This document shows positions 22,279 to 35,674 of a stretch of DNA of 64,000 nucleotides, in pieces; within the stretch, counting starts at the first letter, position 1, and each line of letters begins with the position of its first letter. The position numbers were made by a program, and so were the translations under genes. This DNA is from Yuukianura sp. NJ FZ-2021. Its lineage: Eukaryota. The DNA lies in contig CM102287.1 in NCBI GenBank assembly GCA_046563655.1, forward strand, positions 9,486,001 through 9,550,000, given 5' to 3'. The notes beneath the pieces were generated by a model. The model was not told the DNA's origin and did not search any database. It was given only the letters and a program-made list of their open reading frames with translations.

Positions 22279-24315
22279 ATGAAGATGACCTCCAGATACA
22301 CAGCATATCGATCCCAAGGCCAAGGTCAAGGACCGACCACAAATCTCAAAAATATGGCCCATGGTCAGCCATCTTCAGTTTCAAATGATGACGACGAGTT
22401 TTCGGACTTTAAATCAGGACTCCCCGTATCTGGACCGTCATCAATTTCTACCGGAAATCGAAGTACTCATGTACCGCTACTGAGCAGTAACTTACTTCAG
22501 TACACTTCGAGTCCAACACATTACGTTCCTCCTGCAAATAGAACGAAACCTTCAGTAGTAGTACCATTTCCAGATGGAATTGGAAATCGATTGGCCAACT
22601 ATACATTGGAACTAGGGAGTAATCAAGACAAAACGGAGTCTTTGTTGGGTGATGAAGACAAGTACTCCCCATTGAGGGCCTTTCTTCAAAACGAATTCCA
22701 AAGTACTTCTACTAATCAAGAATCTCAAAGTGAACAAGCTGAAAAGACCAAAACGTTTGATGACGAGGATGGAGATTTTGGAGATTTTCAAAGTTTTACA
22801 CAATGGACTCCGAAGGAAGACCATTTGACTGTCGTTCCTGTTCCTACCCAGCACATTCCAGTATCAAATCAAGTCACTACTTTTAACTCTCACGTTAACC
22901 AAGTTAACCTCCCGATAACAACAGAATCTCAATCTCAACCCAATTCTACATTTGACGATTTCGGTGACTTTGTAAGTTTTAGCAAAGGACCAACAACGTC
23001 AAGATTTCCAGCTCCTCCTGGCCCTGTACTCAAAACTGAAAAATCTACACCCTCAATTGACCTCTTCAGCCTCGATGTTTCAGTGACGAACAAAAGCGCA
23101 GTAGCAGCAGCAGCACATCCTGGAAGAACTGATTCTTTCCTTTCTGGATTGAATGCTGATGCTGAATCGTCATCTTGTCGTCCTAGTTTTCATCCCGATG
23201 GACTGGCTCCTCTCAAAACTACACTTATTTCTGGACCATCTCCTACTGAATTGGATCCATTCGGTGACTTCTTGACAAGTCCGACGATTACCAGACGAAA
23301 TGATCCAGAACCACAAATTCAACCAAAGTCAAAGAAGGGAACTCCAGAGACAATGTCTGTGTGTAGTTTGGATTTGGGAAATTATGGTGCTCCTAGCTGG
23401 GAACTGCCGGATGCTGCTGTGGGATCAAAAGTACTTGTCAATACTCCCAAGGAAGTTCAAAGATCATCTCCACTTTTGAACAATGAGGACAAGTACGGTG
23501 CTTTCAAGGAGGAGCAAGATAGGGTAAACTCATCAATTAATAATTAGCAGTAGCAGTAACTCAATTATCCAATCAATCCAATGTAACTAATTTTTCCCGT
23601 TTTGTTTAGGAAATGGACAAATGTGTTACTGACTGGCGCCGAGTACTGGAAACTTGTTTGAAATTAATTGAAGAGGGCGAACGAGTTTTTCAATCCGTCT
23701 CTTCAAGTGATATCTTACGCCAAGTTATTCAAACTGATAAAGGTCGAAACTATGTACTTGGTGAGTACTTTTCAAAAAGAACTTAAAAAAATTTTTAAAA
23801 AGTTAGTTCAAACTTTCAAAATTTTAAAAAACGTTTGCTGATTGATAGGTCTCCGCCAAGTGTACTTGGTTTCGTCCCGAGTGTATCAGTCCTGGATGCG
23901 ACTCGGAGGGAATGAAATTGTGAGTGAACTGCATCAGAAATTAGCCTTGGCTTGGGATTCCATAGCTCCTTTCCTTCTTGGAACCAATTTAGAGGTAAAT
24001 CAATTGATTGTTGTTCAAATTTTTGATTTCTTGGTCTGTCTTAACTTTTTTTTGTCCTTCCAGGAAGATTTTCGTAGACGAAGTCCAATGTCAGAAGAAG
24101 ATGCGGAGAACGTTTGTGGAATTTGTCTCGTTGGAACTGACTGGAGAGAGGGAGAAGAGGAAGAATCTTGGAGATTATCTCTGGACTTTGGTGGCACTCT
24201 GTACCATCTCCCCTGTGCTAATTTCTGGATCAATCAAATTGACTCGATGCTGCCTACACTCGGAGTTTCCAAAAACAGGAACATCGCAGGCCAACATTTT
24301 CAAACTCTCATTTAA
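22279..24315 (+). CDS. SYNRG: Synergin-gamma-like AP-1 accessory protein
   Basis: Repeated gamma-ear-binding motifs (DEFSDF, DFGDF, DDFGDF, PFGDF), DKY motifs and C-terminal CGICL...YHLPCANFWIN. Confidence 0.8.
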
Positions 24316-24577
24316 CTTTTAATTATTTCAAATTTTTAACGGAAAAACACGAAACTGTCGGCTTTTGTTTTAACATTTTAACCCACCGCAAGTAAAATGA
24401 GGCACGGAAGTATTAACTGCTGTTTGAAATTAGAGTGGCAGTTGTTGATTCGATGTTGAATTTTTTTTAGATTCGAAATAAAAAATATGTTTAATACTAA
24501 ACAAAAAAATCATATGAAACCTTACATGAACGTGGAGGTCAAAGGTCAACTTAACTAGAAAATAACTTGGTCAATTT

Positions 24578-25970
24578 CTAAGACTCTTCGATTTCACCCA
24601 AGTAAATCTGCTTATCCGCTCCAGCTGACAGAACTGAAAACAAAATATTTGGAATCTTTCATAATTTTGAAAAAAAAAATTATAAATTGAAAATTTTTGT
24701 TAATCTTACGAATTGGTTCGTGAGGGTGAAGGTCAACGGCAATGACTGTTCCTTCATGGCCGGGCAGTCTGTACTGAATCTGTCTAGTGTTCGTATCCCA
24801 AACGTAGACAAATCGATCCGACGATCCAGAAACGACACGCTGCCCGTCTTTCGACCAGCAGCATTTAATCAAGTACTTTTCAAAGCCATGGGAATGTCCA
24901 TTGAACACTTTGACGCATCGATGTGCAGGAGCAAAAGGGCGGATGTCCCAAACTCTAAGCAAAATGACTTTCATTAAGTACTAGAAAATTATCAATTAAT
25001 CTGTTCTAAATGAATTACCGTAAAGTGTTGTCCATAGAGTTCGTCAGGATATATCTGCAAAGGAAATTTTTTGTTAAAACCGCATAGTTCTGGAAGCGTT
25101 TAGCTTTTCACTCACGATCCATCAGGAGAAAGATCCATCGATGTCACGGTGTCCTTGTGACCATGAAGTGTCAGAGCGACATCGGCTTTGCGAAGATCCC
25201 AAACCTTGACTTCGTTGTCAATTCCAGCTGAAATGACTTGGTCTTCATTTTCTCCAAAACTGACAGCAGTTACTTGATAATAAGAGTTGAGTGTAACGAC
25301 AGAAGAGCGACGACGGATGTCCCAAACTTTAACTAAACAATCGTCACTTCCGCTGACAACTAATGGAGGACCCCTTTTCGTTTCTCCCACGGCATTGACG
25401 AAGTTAGTGTGACCCTTGAGCCGCTTAATCCTTGATCCTGTAGCAACATCCCAAACGCCCAATGTCTTGTCGATTGAGGCAGAGTAAATGAGCGTTCCGT
25501 CGTAATTGAAACGGAGGTCACAGATTGTTCCACCGTGGTTCGGTTGCATCATGGCATTTTCGCATTCTCCATAAGTCTTCCACACATCTGAAGAAAAACA
25601 ACTCACGTCAGTTAAAAACAATTCGTTGATGCTCATAGTTTTAGCATAACTTGCTTACAAATTGCTCTTTCAGCTCCAGCAGACGCCAAGATGTCCCCTT
25701 TTGGGCTGAACCGTGAACAAAGAATGTCTCCTTGGTGTCCCTGCAGTAACATAATGGGGGATAACAACGATGAGGTCCTTGCTGGCTTGCCCTGTTGATT
25801 ACAACAAAAAGTATAAACAATGCTATTATCCAGAAACGATTGATTGACGATTACGATTGATTACATTTTTTGAAACTTACATCATTTGCCGATACGAGAT
25901 CCGTCCGCTGTCGTTTTGCTGGCACCACGTCCATGCCGTTACTTCTCTTTCCAGTTGTAACGAGTTCCAT
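24578..25970 (-). CDS. SNRNP40: U5 snRNP 40 kDa WD40 protein
   Basis: RTSSLLSPIMLLQGHQG, LTNSMDNTLRVWDIRPFAP, HGFEKYLIKCCWS, YRLPGHEG, DKQIYLGEI. Confidence 0.95.
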
Positions 25971-26204
25971 TTCGCCGATAAATTATCAACACAGTTAAAC
26001 TTTTAATTAGCACTAACGAATTAATTAGAAAAAGAAACAACTGGCAATGGCACGCGTGCGATTGAAAAATCAAGTTGAAGTTTTCAAAATCAAAATCAAA
26101 AAATTCAAAGTTCGAATTCCCGCTTTTGCAATTCAAAAATTCTTTCGTCTCATTTCGCCCCGATTGAGCGAGGCAGACTAATCCTCGGAATTCTTCTGAC
26201 AGGT

Positions 26205-26264
26205 TTTAAAATCAATGTTATAATTTTAATTATAATTATTATTAATTATAACATTGATTTTAAA
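26205..26264. repeat. Perfect 21-bp inverted repeat with an 18-nt AT spacer
   Basis: TTTAAAATCAATGTTATAATT (26205-26225) and AATTATAACATTGATTTTAAA (26244-26264). Confidence 0.9.
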
Positions 26265-26537
26265 TTTTCAATAACAGTTCCATATTGAAATACACTTCCA
26301 AATGATAAATCCAAACTAATGTTTAATGCGAAGTGCAGAGTTAACGTTTTAATTGAATTTAGACAAGGTTAGTTAAGTGTAATATGGAATTTATACTGTT
26401 TTACAAGCTCACGGTTACAAGTGAGACGTTTTAAGGTTATGTTTGACCTTTGACCATCTAGAGTAGTAAAGTCATGCGTTAAGGAGGCAGGCGTGCAGAA
26501 CGGTGAGGCATTTGTCGTGAGTTGACGGTACTTAAGA

Positions 26538-27508
26538 CTAGGATGGGCGTAGATCTGATGAACTTTTGCGAGTGAAGAGTGATGTAAAGGAGTTGGTTGA
26601 CGTTGAGACTCCATTTTGATTCTGGGCAGTAGAATTTTGAGAGCTTGTAGATGACTTGTGATTATTGGCCACATTGTTTTCAGCCTCCAAGGCCGCGAGA
26701 GGCGTAAGCCACTCTTTTGGCAAAAATTTCTCAAGAAACGGAACGCAAGTACCAACGTAAGCAAGACTGAAAGAACAGAAACATATTAGTACTTACTATG
26801 GTTTAGTAGCTTAAAGAATTTGTGATTACCGATTGACCCAAAGGGGAATCTCCTTTCCAGTAAGCAGAAGGGAGAGTTCAGAAGCGAAGTGATTACAGTT
26901 CCTTTGCATTAGATGATAGTTGGATCCTTTGAAAGATGAACCAAGGTGGGCTATGGCCTGATCCAGTTCGTCCTTGGTGTATGTAGTATGTCCAAGGACC
27001 ACTGATTCCCTGTTGACAACAATCAAAAACGTTAAGCTTCATGTTTCCGTTCCGGAACAGAAACCGAAATGACGAATAGAAAAGGAATAGACTGATGATA
27101 AGTTATGCTCGTATGGTAACTCACTTGTACTTGTAGTTTTCACCAAGCTCGTCTGAATCCTTTGGCGTAATTTCAAAGATTCCTGAGAATTCGAATGGAT
27201 GACCTGAACAAGGACAAGGTCAAGGTTCAAATAAGCAACTTTAAAATGTTTTACTCTTTACTATTCTTTATGAGAACTCACCTCCATAGGAAAATTCACT
27301 TCCATAGATTTCTACTCCTGAGTGAAAGATGCCTAATCCAATGTTGGACGTATACTGATTGGTCCAGAACTAAAAAAAAAGGCAAAACGTTAAGTTCTTC
27401 AACTTCAAGTACAAATTAAATGAAAACGATAGACCAAAACAGAATGTCACTTACCAAATCATATACGTTGAGAATCACAGGGTGAGAAGGGAGGTTACGA
27501 TTATCCAT
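26538..27508 (-). CDS. DESI2: PPPDE peptidase, desumoylating/deubiquitinating isopeptidase 2
   Basis: [51 protein letters not shown]; 5 exons. Confidence 0.92.
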
Positions 27509-28222
27509 TCTGAAGATTCTTAATTACGTTTACTGACAAAAATTGGAAACTAATTGGAAGATGACTAAACAATGAATTCGAAAAAAAAATCCAGTAATCT
27601 TTTACAAAATCTAGTAAAAAGTTGGTTTCCTTCCTACGTTCTCTTTTCGATTCCTTCCAGAACTTTCGTTTAGTCTCCCATTAGGTGTAATCAACCAATT
27701 AAGTTTGAGTCTAACAAAAGTCTTCCCCTTCTGATTCAGAAGTGCGAAATACTTGGAATTTTAATTGAAGAGGAAATTGAGTTGAATGAATCGAATGACT
27801 AATTCACTTTCGCTCTCGTTTACGCGCATATGCAGAGTTGCACTAAAACATACTTCAGTATACTCCTTTTCTAGTAATTCACCTAATCAGCAAGTATGGG
27901 CACCCAAATTTACTCAACATATTTTTGAGTAAAGATTGTAAATTTGCAGTGCCAAGACATGTGTTAAAGGTCACATAAATTACAATTATTTAATGTTTGA
28001 ATATTTTACATAAATTTGTATATTTAATTAGTGGCAATGGATTATAATAGTTTTTAACTTATGCAATTATTTCCAATTGTACGCCCAACTCTGGGAGGTA
28101 AAACAGAAAAAAAATATTTTTGAGAGGAACCCTTAGTGAAACCAAAACATTGCAATTTTTGAGTAAGCAATTTGCAAAAATTTAGAATTCGCTGATTTGT
28201 AAGATATGAATTGACGTTGACG

Positions 28223-28599
28223 ATGGCCGGAAGACTGGCAAGAGTAAAGGGATTTCTGAGTGACAACATTGTTTTAGTGGTAGCAATTCCTTGTATTGCA
28301 GCTTACCATTGGTGCTGGGTGCAACTGCAGAAGATTGACAAATTAGTGCCACCTGAACAGCGAAACCTTGAGCAGCCGATTGTTAGGGTAAGAATTCATA
28401 TTACCTAGGTCAAGAGTTCAACTTGGAAAACTTCTAAAATAGCAGCATGTCACTAATCTTCACCATATTTTAATAGGGAGCAAGGACGTTAACGGAGATT
28501 GTAAAGCATAAGTTTGAGTCAAACAATGAACCGGACGTTATCGCCGACAGTAGTACTCATAAACCAGCTACACCAACATCGCCTGAAGCAAAACATTAA
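28223..28599 (+). CDS. 95-aa single-TM microprotein, 2 exons
   Basis: MAGRLARVKGFLSDNIVLVVAIPCIAAYHWCWVQLQ...; in-frame GTAAG...TAG intron at 28388-28476. Confidence 0.75.
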
Positions 28600-29013
28600 G
28601 ATGGATCCAGTACATAACATTGGACTCGAATCCTCAAGTTGATTCCCTAAAATTGTATGTCCAATGCCGTTTCTCCGCTCCGGAGTGACATGACCGTGAA
28701 GACGAACTTCGTCGGTAGAGTATAGAAATCGTGAGTCCTAAAAAGTTGTAATTGAAAATCAAAAAATCTAAATAAATCTTAAGTTTTCTCAGGAAACTAC
28801 TGGAAACAGGTTGTTGTTGGGACACTTTAAACATGTCGTTTCGTAAACAATAACTTCATAACTTCATGGTCACTATTCATTTGGGGAGCACTTAGAGCTC
28901 TCGCCCTTACATAGAGACATCAAAATCCAAAATTTTAGGTCAAAGGGTCACCAACCAGGAGGTCCTTTATGGACAGACTTTTGTCATACCGTGTCTTTCA
29001 AAATTTTTGAGGA

Positions 29014-30364
29014 ATGGAATTTCTAAGGCTCAGACTCAAAGGTGTCCAGAACAGTACATTTCGAGATCCAATTTTAGTTAACATTTATGACATTCATGGT
29101 ATAAGTCGATGGACGTCGGCCATTGGTCTTGGGTTGTACCACACGGGGGTGGTGGTGTTTCGTCAAGAAATTTCTTATGGAGGTCACGAGCATGACACGT
29201 CTGGAATTTACTTTACTCCACCAAAGGACTGTTCATCGCTTGGAGACAGCATGAAGTACAGGTGACAACTGCAAAATATCTGAAATTATCTGAAATATCT
29301 ATAAACTAATTCAACTCACAATTAATTGGAATCTTTTTTAAACAGGACCACAATTAAGTTCAAACCAACGACGAGGTCACCAATGGAGGTCAACGACTAT
29401 CTGAATCGGATTGGCAAAAAATTTAGAGGAAACGGCTACAATCTTCTGTGTCAAAACTGTAACCACTTTGCAGACGATTTCCTCTACGTAAGTCTGAATT
29501 AATCGATACGTGACGTAATTTTTGTAAACTTTAAACTTTTGTCTAATTTGTATTTGCAGTTCCTCATCAAAAAGAATTTACCATCATATATTAACCGGGT
29601 TGCTCGTCTCTTCAACTACACCTTCTCTCCGTTTATCCCAAAGGTTACAAACTAACTTTGTTCTGTGAACTACCATGATCAACTTCGGAAGTTGACCTTT
29701 TGACCTGTTGATCTTTTAATCTTTGACCTTTGACCTCTTCATTTTTCAGAGCTGGGTCCAGTACCCCTGCACAGCGTCCAATTCTTCAGCGTCATCCAAT
29801 TCTTCAGCATCTCCATCCGGATCGCAAGCGTCCGTCTCCTCCGTTGCCTCTTCCCACTCCAACTCCAGCAGAGACAAGCGAAAACACGCCGTTGCCAAGG
29901 CTCCAGCACAGCGTCAGCGTCCTAGAACCCATTTGAACGAAACGATCCGCCCGAAACTCCGACTTGCTCTTCCGGAAACCGAAAAAACCCAATCGGAGAT
30001 CATCGTTGGCCTGAACAGTTTCGATTCCGACTCAACCGAATCCACTTCCACTGAAATCACGATTTCCGCGACTTCATGTTCATCTTCAAAACAAAGGACT
30101 ATGTACAGCAGAAAGCGATTTTCCAGCGTTCAGCGTCCGCTTCAGCGCTACAATGTCTTGACCCTCCCACATCCACATCAACTCAAGAAATCCAAGAGCT
30201 GTATCCTGGTCACCCCACGTGACCCCCATGACTGTCAAGTTTCAATGTCAATGTCAAGTATGTTCGTCTTCCAGTTTGAACTTGGAGGCGGAGCTAAAGG
30301 CGGAACGGACCAGCTTGAAACTCATTTCAATTCGTCATCATGCTCGTTTCGACTCAAAATGTAA
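29014..30364 (+). CDS. Divergent PPPDE/DESI paralogue with a Ser-rich C-terminal tail
   Basis: PILVNIYDI, GLGLYHTGV, YGGHE, YNLLCQNCNHF, LPSYINR; 4 exons. Confidence 0.82.
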
Positions 30365-31819
30365 GAATTTTCCTGTTTCTCATTTCAGAATTTTGACATT
30401 AGTAATTGGCAAGTGGAAAAATTAAATGCGGCGTCAGCAGTTTTTGCAGTTGGATTGCAATTCTTTGTTTCGCCTCATTTATTTTTATGTTTATGTTTAT
30501 TTTTTAAGTTTTCAAGTGCTGGAGGCTGGATTCAACTCTTTGTAATACTTGGCAGTTGGAGTGACGTCAATTGAAGCCACTACTCTTTTGGTTCAATTGA
30601 ATCTTTGAATCTCACTTTGGTTATTATGGTGTGGTTCAGTTGACAAATTGACTTTGCGTTTAGTAGATTAATCCTGTTAGACTCGCCGTCTAACTCTGCG
30701 TCCTTATTGCGGTTGGATTTTACAAAATTTTAAGTTGAATTTATCTCTTCCTAGAGGTTTCTTTGGTTTAGCATTAGCGAAAAAACAGATTAGCAAGTCC
30801 TTCTGCCTCTTGCGAAAATGCCAACATCCAAATCCATGGTTGAAGTAAAGTTTAAAGACTGTCATTGTATCCGCACAGTGTTGCCACTTTTGGTGGCTTA
30901 CACCTTGTGGCAACCATTGTTGCCGCTTTAAGTGCAGTTGTTGATGCTAACTAAAACTAATCTAACCTAATTTAGTCGCCACCAGTGTTGTCGGAAGCAT
31001 AAAATATTTTCTCCGCCTTCATCAAATTAAGTGGAAGTATCCGGTCGCATCCGTTTCTATTTTATCCAGCCATTTTCTCCGGATAAAACCGGGTGAAATA
31101 TATAATCCAACAGATATCCACACTAGAAACGTCAAAAATATGGATATCTGGTAACCCTGTTGTAGCCACGCAACATGGCAACAGTGGTTACAATGACGTT
31201 AGTTAAAGTTTACTCCAACCAAGGCTGTGACACACTTTGAAAAAAGTGGTTGCCATTTCTCGGTATATTAAGTTAAGGGGGCGTGGAGAACATTATTTTT
31301 AATTGATTTTGCACACGGAGATAAGTTGAGAGTAACTAATTGCGCTATTAGTGTCTCCTTATGGTCGTGGGTGGGATTTATGAGCTAATTCTTAAGCCAT
31401 TTGAGCTTTCTGCAGACTAGAAGCGTGTGCTAAAACCTTGCATGTGATTTTCACATCGCTGGGAGCGCTGTTTTAGTGCATGATCATTTTCATTTCATTT
31501 CCATTTGAAATTGGACTATTTTGAGAGATCGCTTGTTAGCGCTGACTTTGTTACTAGAAAAGGGGAGGAGCTACGAGCAGCGAAAAACGCCCATAAACTT
31601 TCCTTTGCAAAAACTAAAGTTGAATCTCCGAATGAATTCTGCGGGACTCCACATGTGAAGAAGGCAGTCAACAAGTTGTTGTCTTCTAGAGAACTTGTGT
31701 CTAAAGCTTAATACAGAGCTTGTTTTGGTGAAATAGGAGTGTAGATTGACCCGAGAGAGAAGATTGACCTTTGACCTTGACCGGAGAGAGGTCGTTGACC
31801 TTTGACTTTAACTTGAGAC

Positions 31820-33645
31820 ATGGACAATGGAAACGATGCAGCGCCCGCGCGGAATCGAAGACACTGTTGGGCTGTAAGTTTAGTTCGCAAAGCCAGAAAA
31901 GTGAACGATACTTTTGGCGCCATTTTGCATTTGTACATGTAAATTTTTGAAAAAAAAATTGACAATTTTTTCAAATTTTTTTGAAAATAGACAAGTAAAT
32001 GGAGTGCGTATGTTGGAGACTTGAAAGCACTGGAGACGTTTTTGGATTCGAAACCAGGATTTCTATGGTTGTTTCCGAAGTTTATTGACAGTTTGTTACG
32101 AGGGATTGGACAGGTGAGAAATTTTTTGGAAAAATTTTGAATTTTAGTTTTTTTTGAAAAATTTTGAATTTGATTTGAAAATTTTTGTAACTAGGTGGTG
32201 TTTGCCAACAATCCGATCAGTGGATTGCTGATTCTCGCCGGACTATTTTGGGCTGGAGTTGAAATTGGATTGGCTACTGTTGTTGCTGCAAGTACAGCAA
32301 TCCTTACAGCGGTTGTAAGTTTTCAAAGATTCAAAATTTTGAAAAAATGTACAACTTTTTTGAAAAAACTTTTTTTTTAATTTTTAGATAATGAAAATGG
32401 ATAGTTCCAGCATTCGAGCAGGATTGACGACATTTAACGCTGTTTTGGTTGGATGTGTAACGGCGTCTCTCTGGACTCCGCTGTACAAAGAACCGCTTTC
32501 GCTCAAGATCTGTGCTTTCATTGTACTCGGATCCATGCTCAGGTATGGCTTTGACCTTTCACTTTTGACCTTTGACCTTTGACGTTTCAACTTTTTTCAG
32601 CGTTTTCGTGACCTCTGGCCTCGGCAACATCTTGGGGCGCTGGAACCTTCCAGGCTTGACGCTTCCTTTCAACGTCGTGACGCTGCTGCTGTTCGCCTGT
32701 CTCATGCCACCAGCAGTTCCAGCTACAAGCTCTGCTGTGACCAAAAATGAAACGAACTTGGACTGGGGAGAGGTAAGGAATATTGAAATTTTCAAAATTT
32801 TGAAAACTTTGTTTTAAATTTTGAAAATTTGTGACTAAGGTGTTCGTGGGCTCTGCTCTGTCGATGGGAGAAGTTTTTGCAGTGGATACTTTAGGTGGAA
32901 GTATTTTGATGTTCATTGGAATTGTGATTTACTCTCCGTTGATGGGACTCATGACTTGCATTGGAGCCATAGTTGGAACACTGTTTGGTAAAACTTTTTT
33001 TCAGTTTTTCAAAATTTCAGAATTTCTAAAATTTTCAACATGATCTTTGTTTCAGGACTTGTTTTTGTGAGTGGTGACGCTTTTTCGGCAATATACAAAG
33101 GAATCTGGGGCTACAATGGAATTTTGTCGTCTGCTGCCATTGGTGGATTTTTCTTTGCTCCAAACACGCATGCCTTCCTCAGCGCAATCGTCAACGTCAT
33201 TTTCACCACGCTAATCCAACATGCCATGGCACTTGCTTTTACTGCTGTAAGAATTCCAAAATTTCGAAATTTCAAAACTTTTCTTAAAAAAAATTTGATT
33301 TCGTTGAAACAGTTCCGGCTTCCAGTACTCACGATGCCTTTCGTTCTGAGTACACTGATGTTCCTAGCAGTTTCTACTTCTAAAAAGTACTTGCACCGCG
33401 TTACCAGCATCTCCTTTCCAGAAATGCATCGACACGACTACGTTGAGGAACTGCTGCGAGATGAAGCAGCACTTATACGACAACGTGAGTAAACAACGTT
33501 TTGCCAATTTGTAGAATTCGCGCTTATTGTTTTCGCTTTTATTGTTTTCGCATGTATTGTTTTCGCGGTAATGACCTGGAACCATTTTGAACTTTTAGAC
33601 ATGCAAGCCAAGGATCCAGGACATGCCGAGGCAGGAATTCCTTGA
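31820..33645 (+). CDS. Urea transporter (SLC14/UT family)
   Basis: LRGIGQVVFANNPISG, GLTTFNAVLVG, LPGLTLPFN, GIWGYNG, LPVLTMPF; the last exon is tentative (alternative stop at 33492). Confidence 0.9.
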
Positions 33646-33929
33646 ACCAAGCACAAAATCTAAGATGGCGACCGAATTCAAAGTTACCACTCAAATGTTC
33701 AAACCAAATGGACTTTAATTTAATTCTCAATTGTTAATTAACTTTCAGTTAACTTTAATGATACAACTGTATGCTACCTAAGCTAAAGAACAAAGATTAT
33801 TTAGTTATTCAGGTCGCAAGACTCCAAGTTACTTTCTAATTCTTTCTCAAAATCCAGTTTTCTAAATTCTAAAATTGTAATTCTAAAATTCAAATTGTAA
33901 AATCCGAATGTTAAGTTTCTGGAATTTTG

Positions 33930-34611
33930 TTAACGTAGAAGAAATTTGAGTGCTAGGAAGACTGTTCCGGTGAGAACTACTCCGTGGACGACCACCGTGG
34001 ACGCACCGTTGCAGACGTCAGTTTCACAGAGACACAAGTTACCAGCGTTGAGGTTTTCCCATCCCGTACCATTGTAGTACCGGGAGTCTTTGCCAAAGTT
34101 ACATTCTGGGTTCAGCTCTGCCTGAGTAGCTTCTGGATTTGGATCGGTGTAGTTTGGTTTGCTGTAGCAATTTCGCACGATAGTTTCTTTTCCTTCGATT
34201 AATCCCACCCACTTGGAACAGTAGTGGAAGTCCACATTGATTTCTAGTTGTGTTGTGCAATCGACTTTAAATTTATCATCTGCAGCATACTCCAGGCGAC
34301 ATGCTTCTTGGTTCGTATCGCCTTCAACGTAGCGACAATTGTAGCACTGCAGTCCTACAACAACATTTTCAAAAAAAGAAACCAAAATTTTAGCTAATTT
34401 GATAGAAAAACATCAATCTTTTCAAAAAGACTTGACTTTTTTTTGGAAAATGGTCGATTGCTCAAGGTCATGAAAGTGAAGCTTTATAAATTAGGAACAA
34501 TTTTTAGAAAATGTCTCAAAACACGAATTTTTTTGAAAATTGTTTTGGCTGACCTTGGCAAATGGTGAGTTGCGCTGCAGCAAAAATGGCGATGACCAAA
34601 ATTGTATTCAT
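33930..34611 (-). CDS. Ly6/three-finger (quiver/sleepless-like) GPI-anchored protein
   Basis: Signal exon MNTILVIAIFAAAQLTICQ, then LQCYNC...CLCETDVCN and a hydrophobic C-terminal tail. Confidence 0.88.
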
Positions 34612-35674
34612 TTTGGGCTATTTGTAAAAAAAAAATGTGAATTACTACTGCTGTTCTGTTCTTGTTCAAAATGGAAACTGAGGCTAAGTACTTCAATTTT
34701 TGGTTGAATTTGGAATTTTTCAAGTTAACATCTTATCAGTTTCTTTGCGTAATACTGATTTGTAGCAAAAATGTCCATTGCCACTGCTGAGTTGGTGCAA
34801 AAAATGACACACAAATTGTGGGAATATCATTTTTCATCGCTTTGATTTAAGTTGAAATCTAATCTGGAAAAGTTAAGGACTCGAAGCACTTGGAAGAACA
34901 ATATGATTGATTACAAGTAAACAGTTACGTCTGTCTATTGCAGTCAATTTAATTCAACCATTGCGTCACTTTTCACCTTGTTTTGCGTGACCACATTCTG
35001 TTCAAAGTACAAAATTTTTCAAAATTTTGAAACTTACCCGTGAACCTTTTCCAAAAACCTGACCTGTGTGTGACCTAAAGATTCAGATATGACTGAACTT
35101 TCGAAAATTCTGTACTACTTTTCTGTTTTTGAGTTTGTCAAAATGTAAATGTTTTTTCTATTGCATTATACATCTGTTGTCCTTGATGCATTCATCGGAA
35201 TTTGTGAAAAATTACAATAAATTAAATTTCAGTGGGTTTATCACACTTACGAAGTGGCACAACAAGAAGACGGACCAAAAAATGTTTTCGAAAAATTGCA
35301 AACTAGGGTTCGTGACTTGCCTTTTTTGATTGACTTTGGATTTACAAATTTTCTAAATTCAACACTTCCTTTTTCCAATTCATGTCAGAGCGTCAATTAT
35401 AAATTTTTAGAATAAAAAGTCTCCACTTTAGCTATTCATCCCAGTTTATTTGGTGAATGAAGAGGAAATGCAATTTTTGAATTTTTTGGAGGGAGGGAGT
35501 GACCTTTGACCTCTCTTTACTTTTCTCGTTTTCTCAAACTTTTTAATTTTTATTATCTTTACAACGAATTGAGTTTCAAATTTCAGTTTTTAGTTACTGA
35601 AGTTTGTTTATACAAAGAAAAGTAAATCAAAAGTTTGTTGTTGTTTTTGTGAAATTTTGAATTGAAAAAACACA

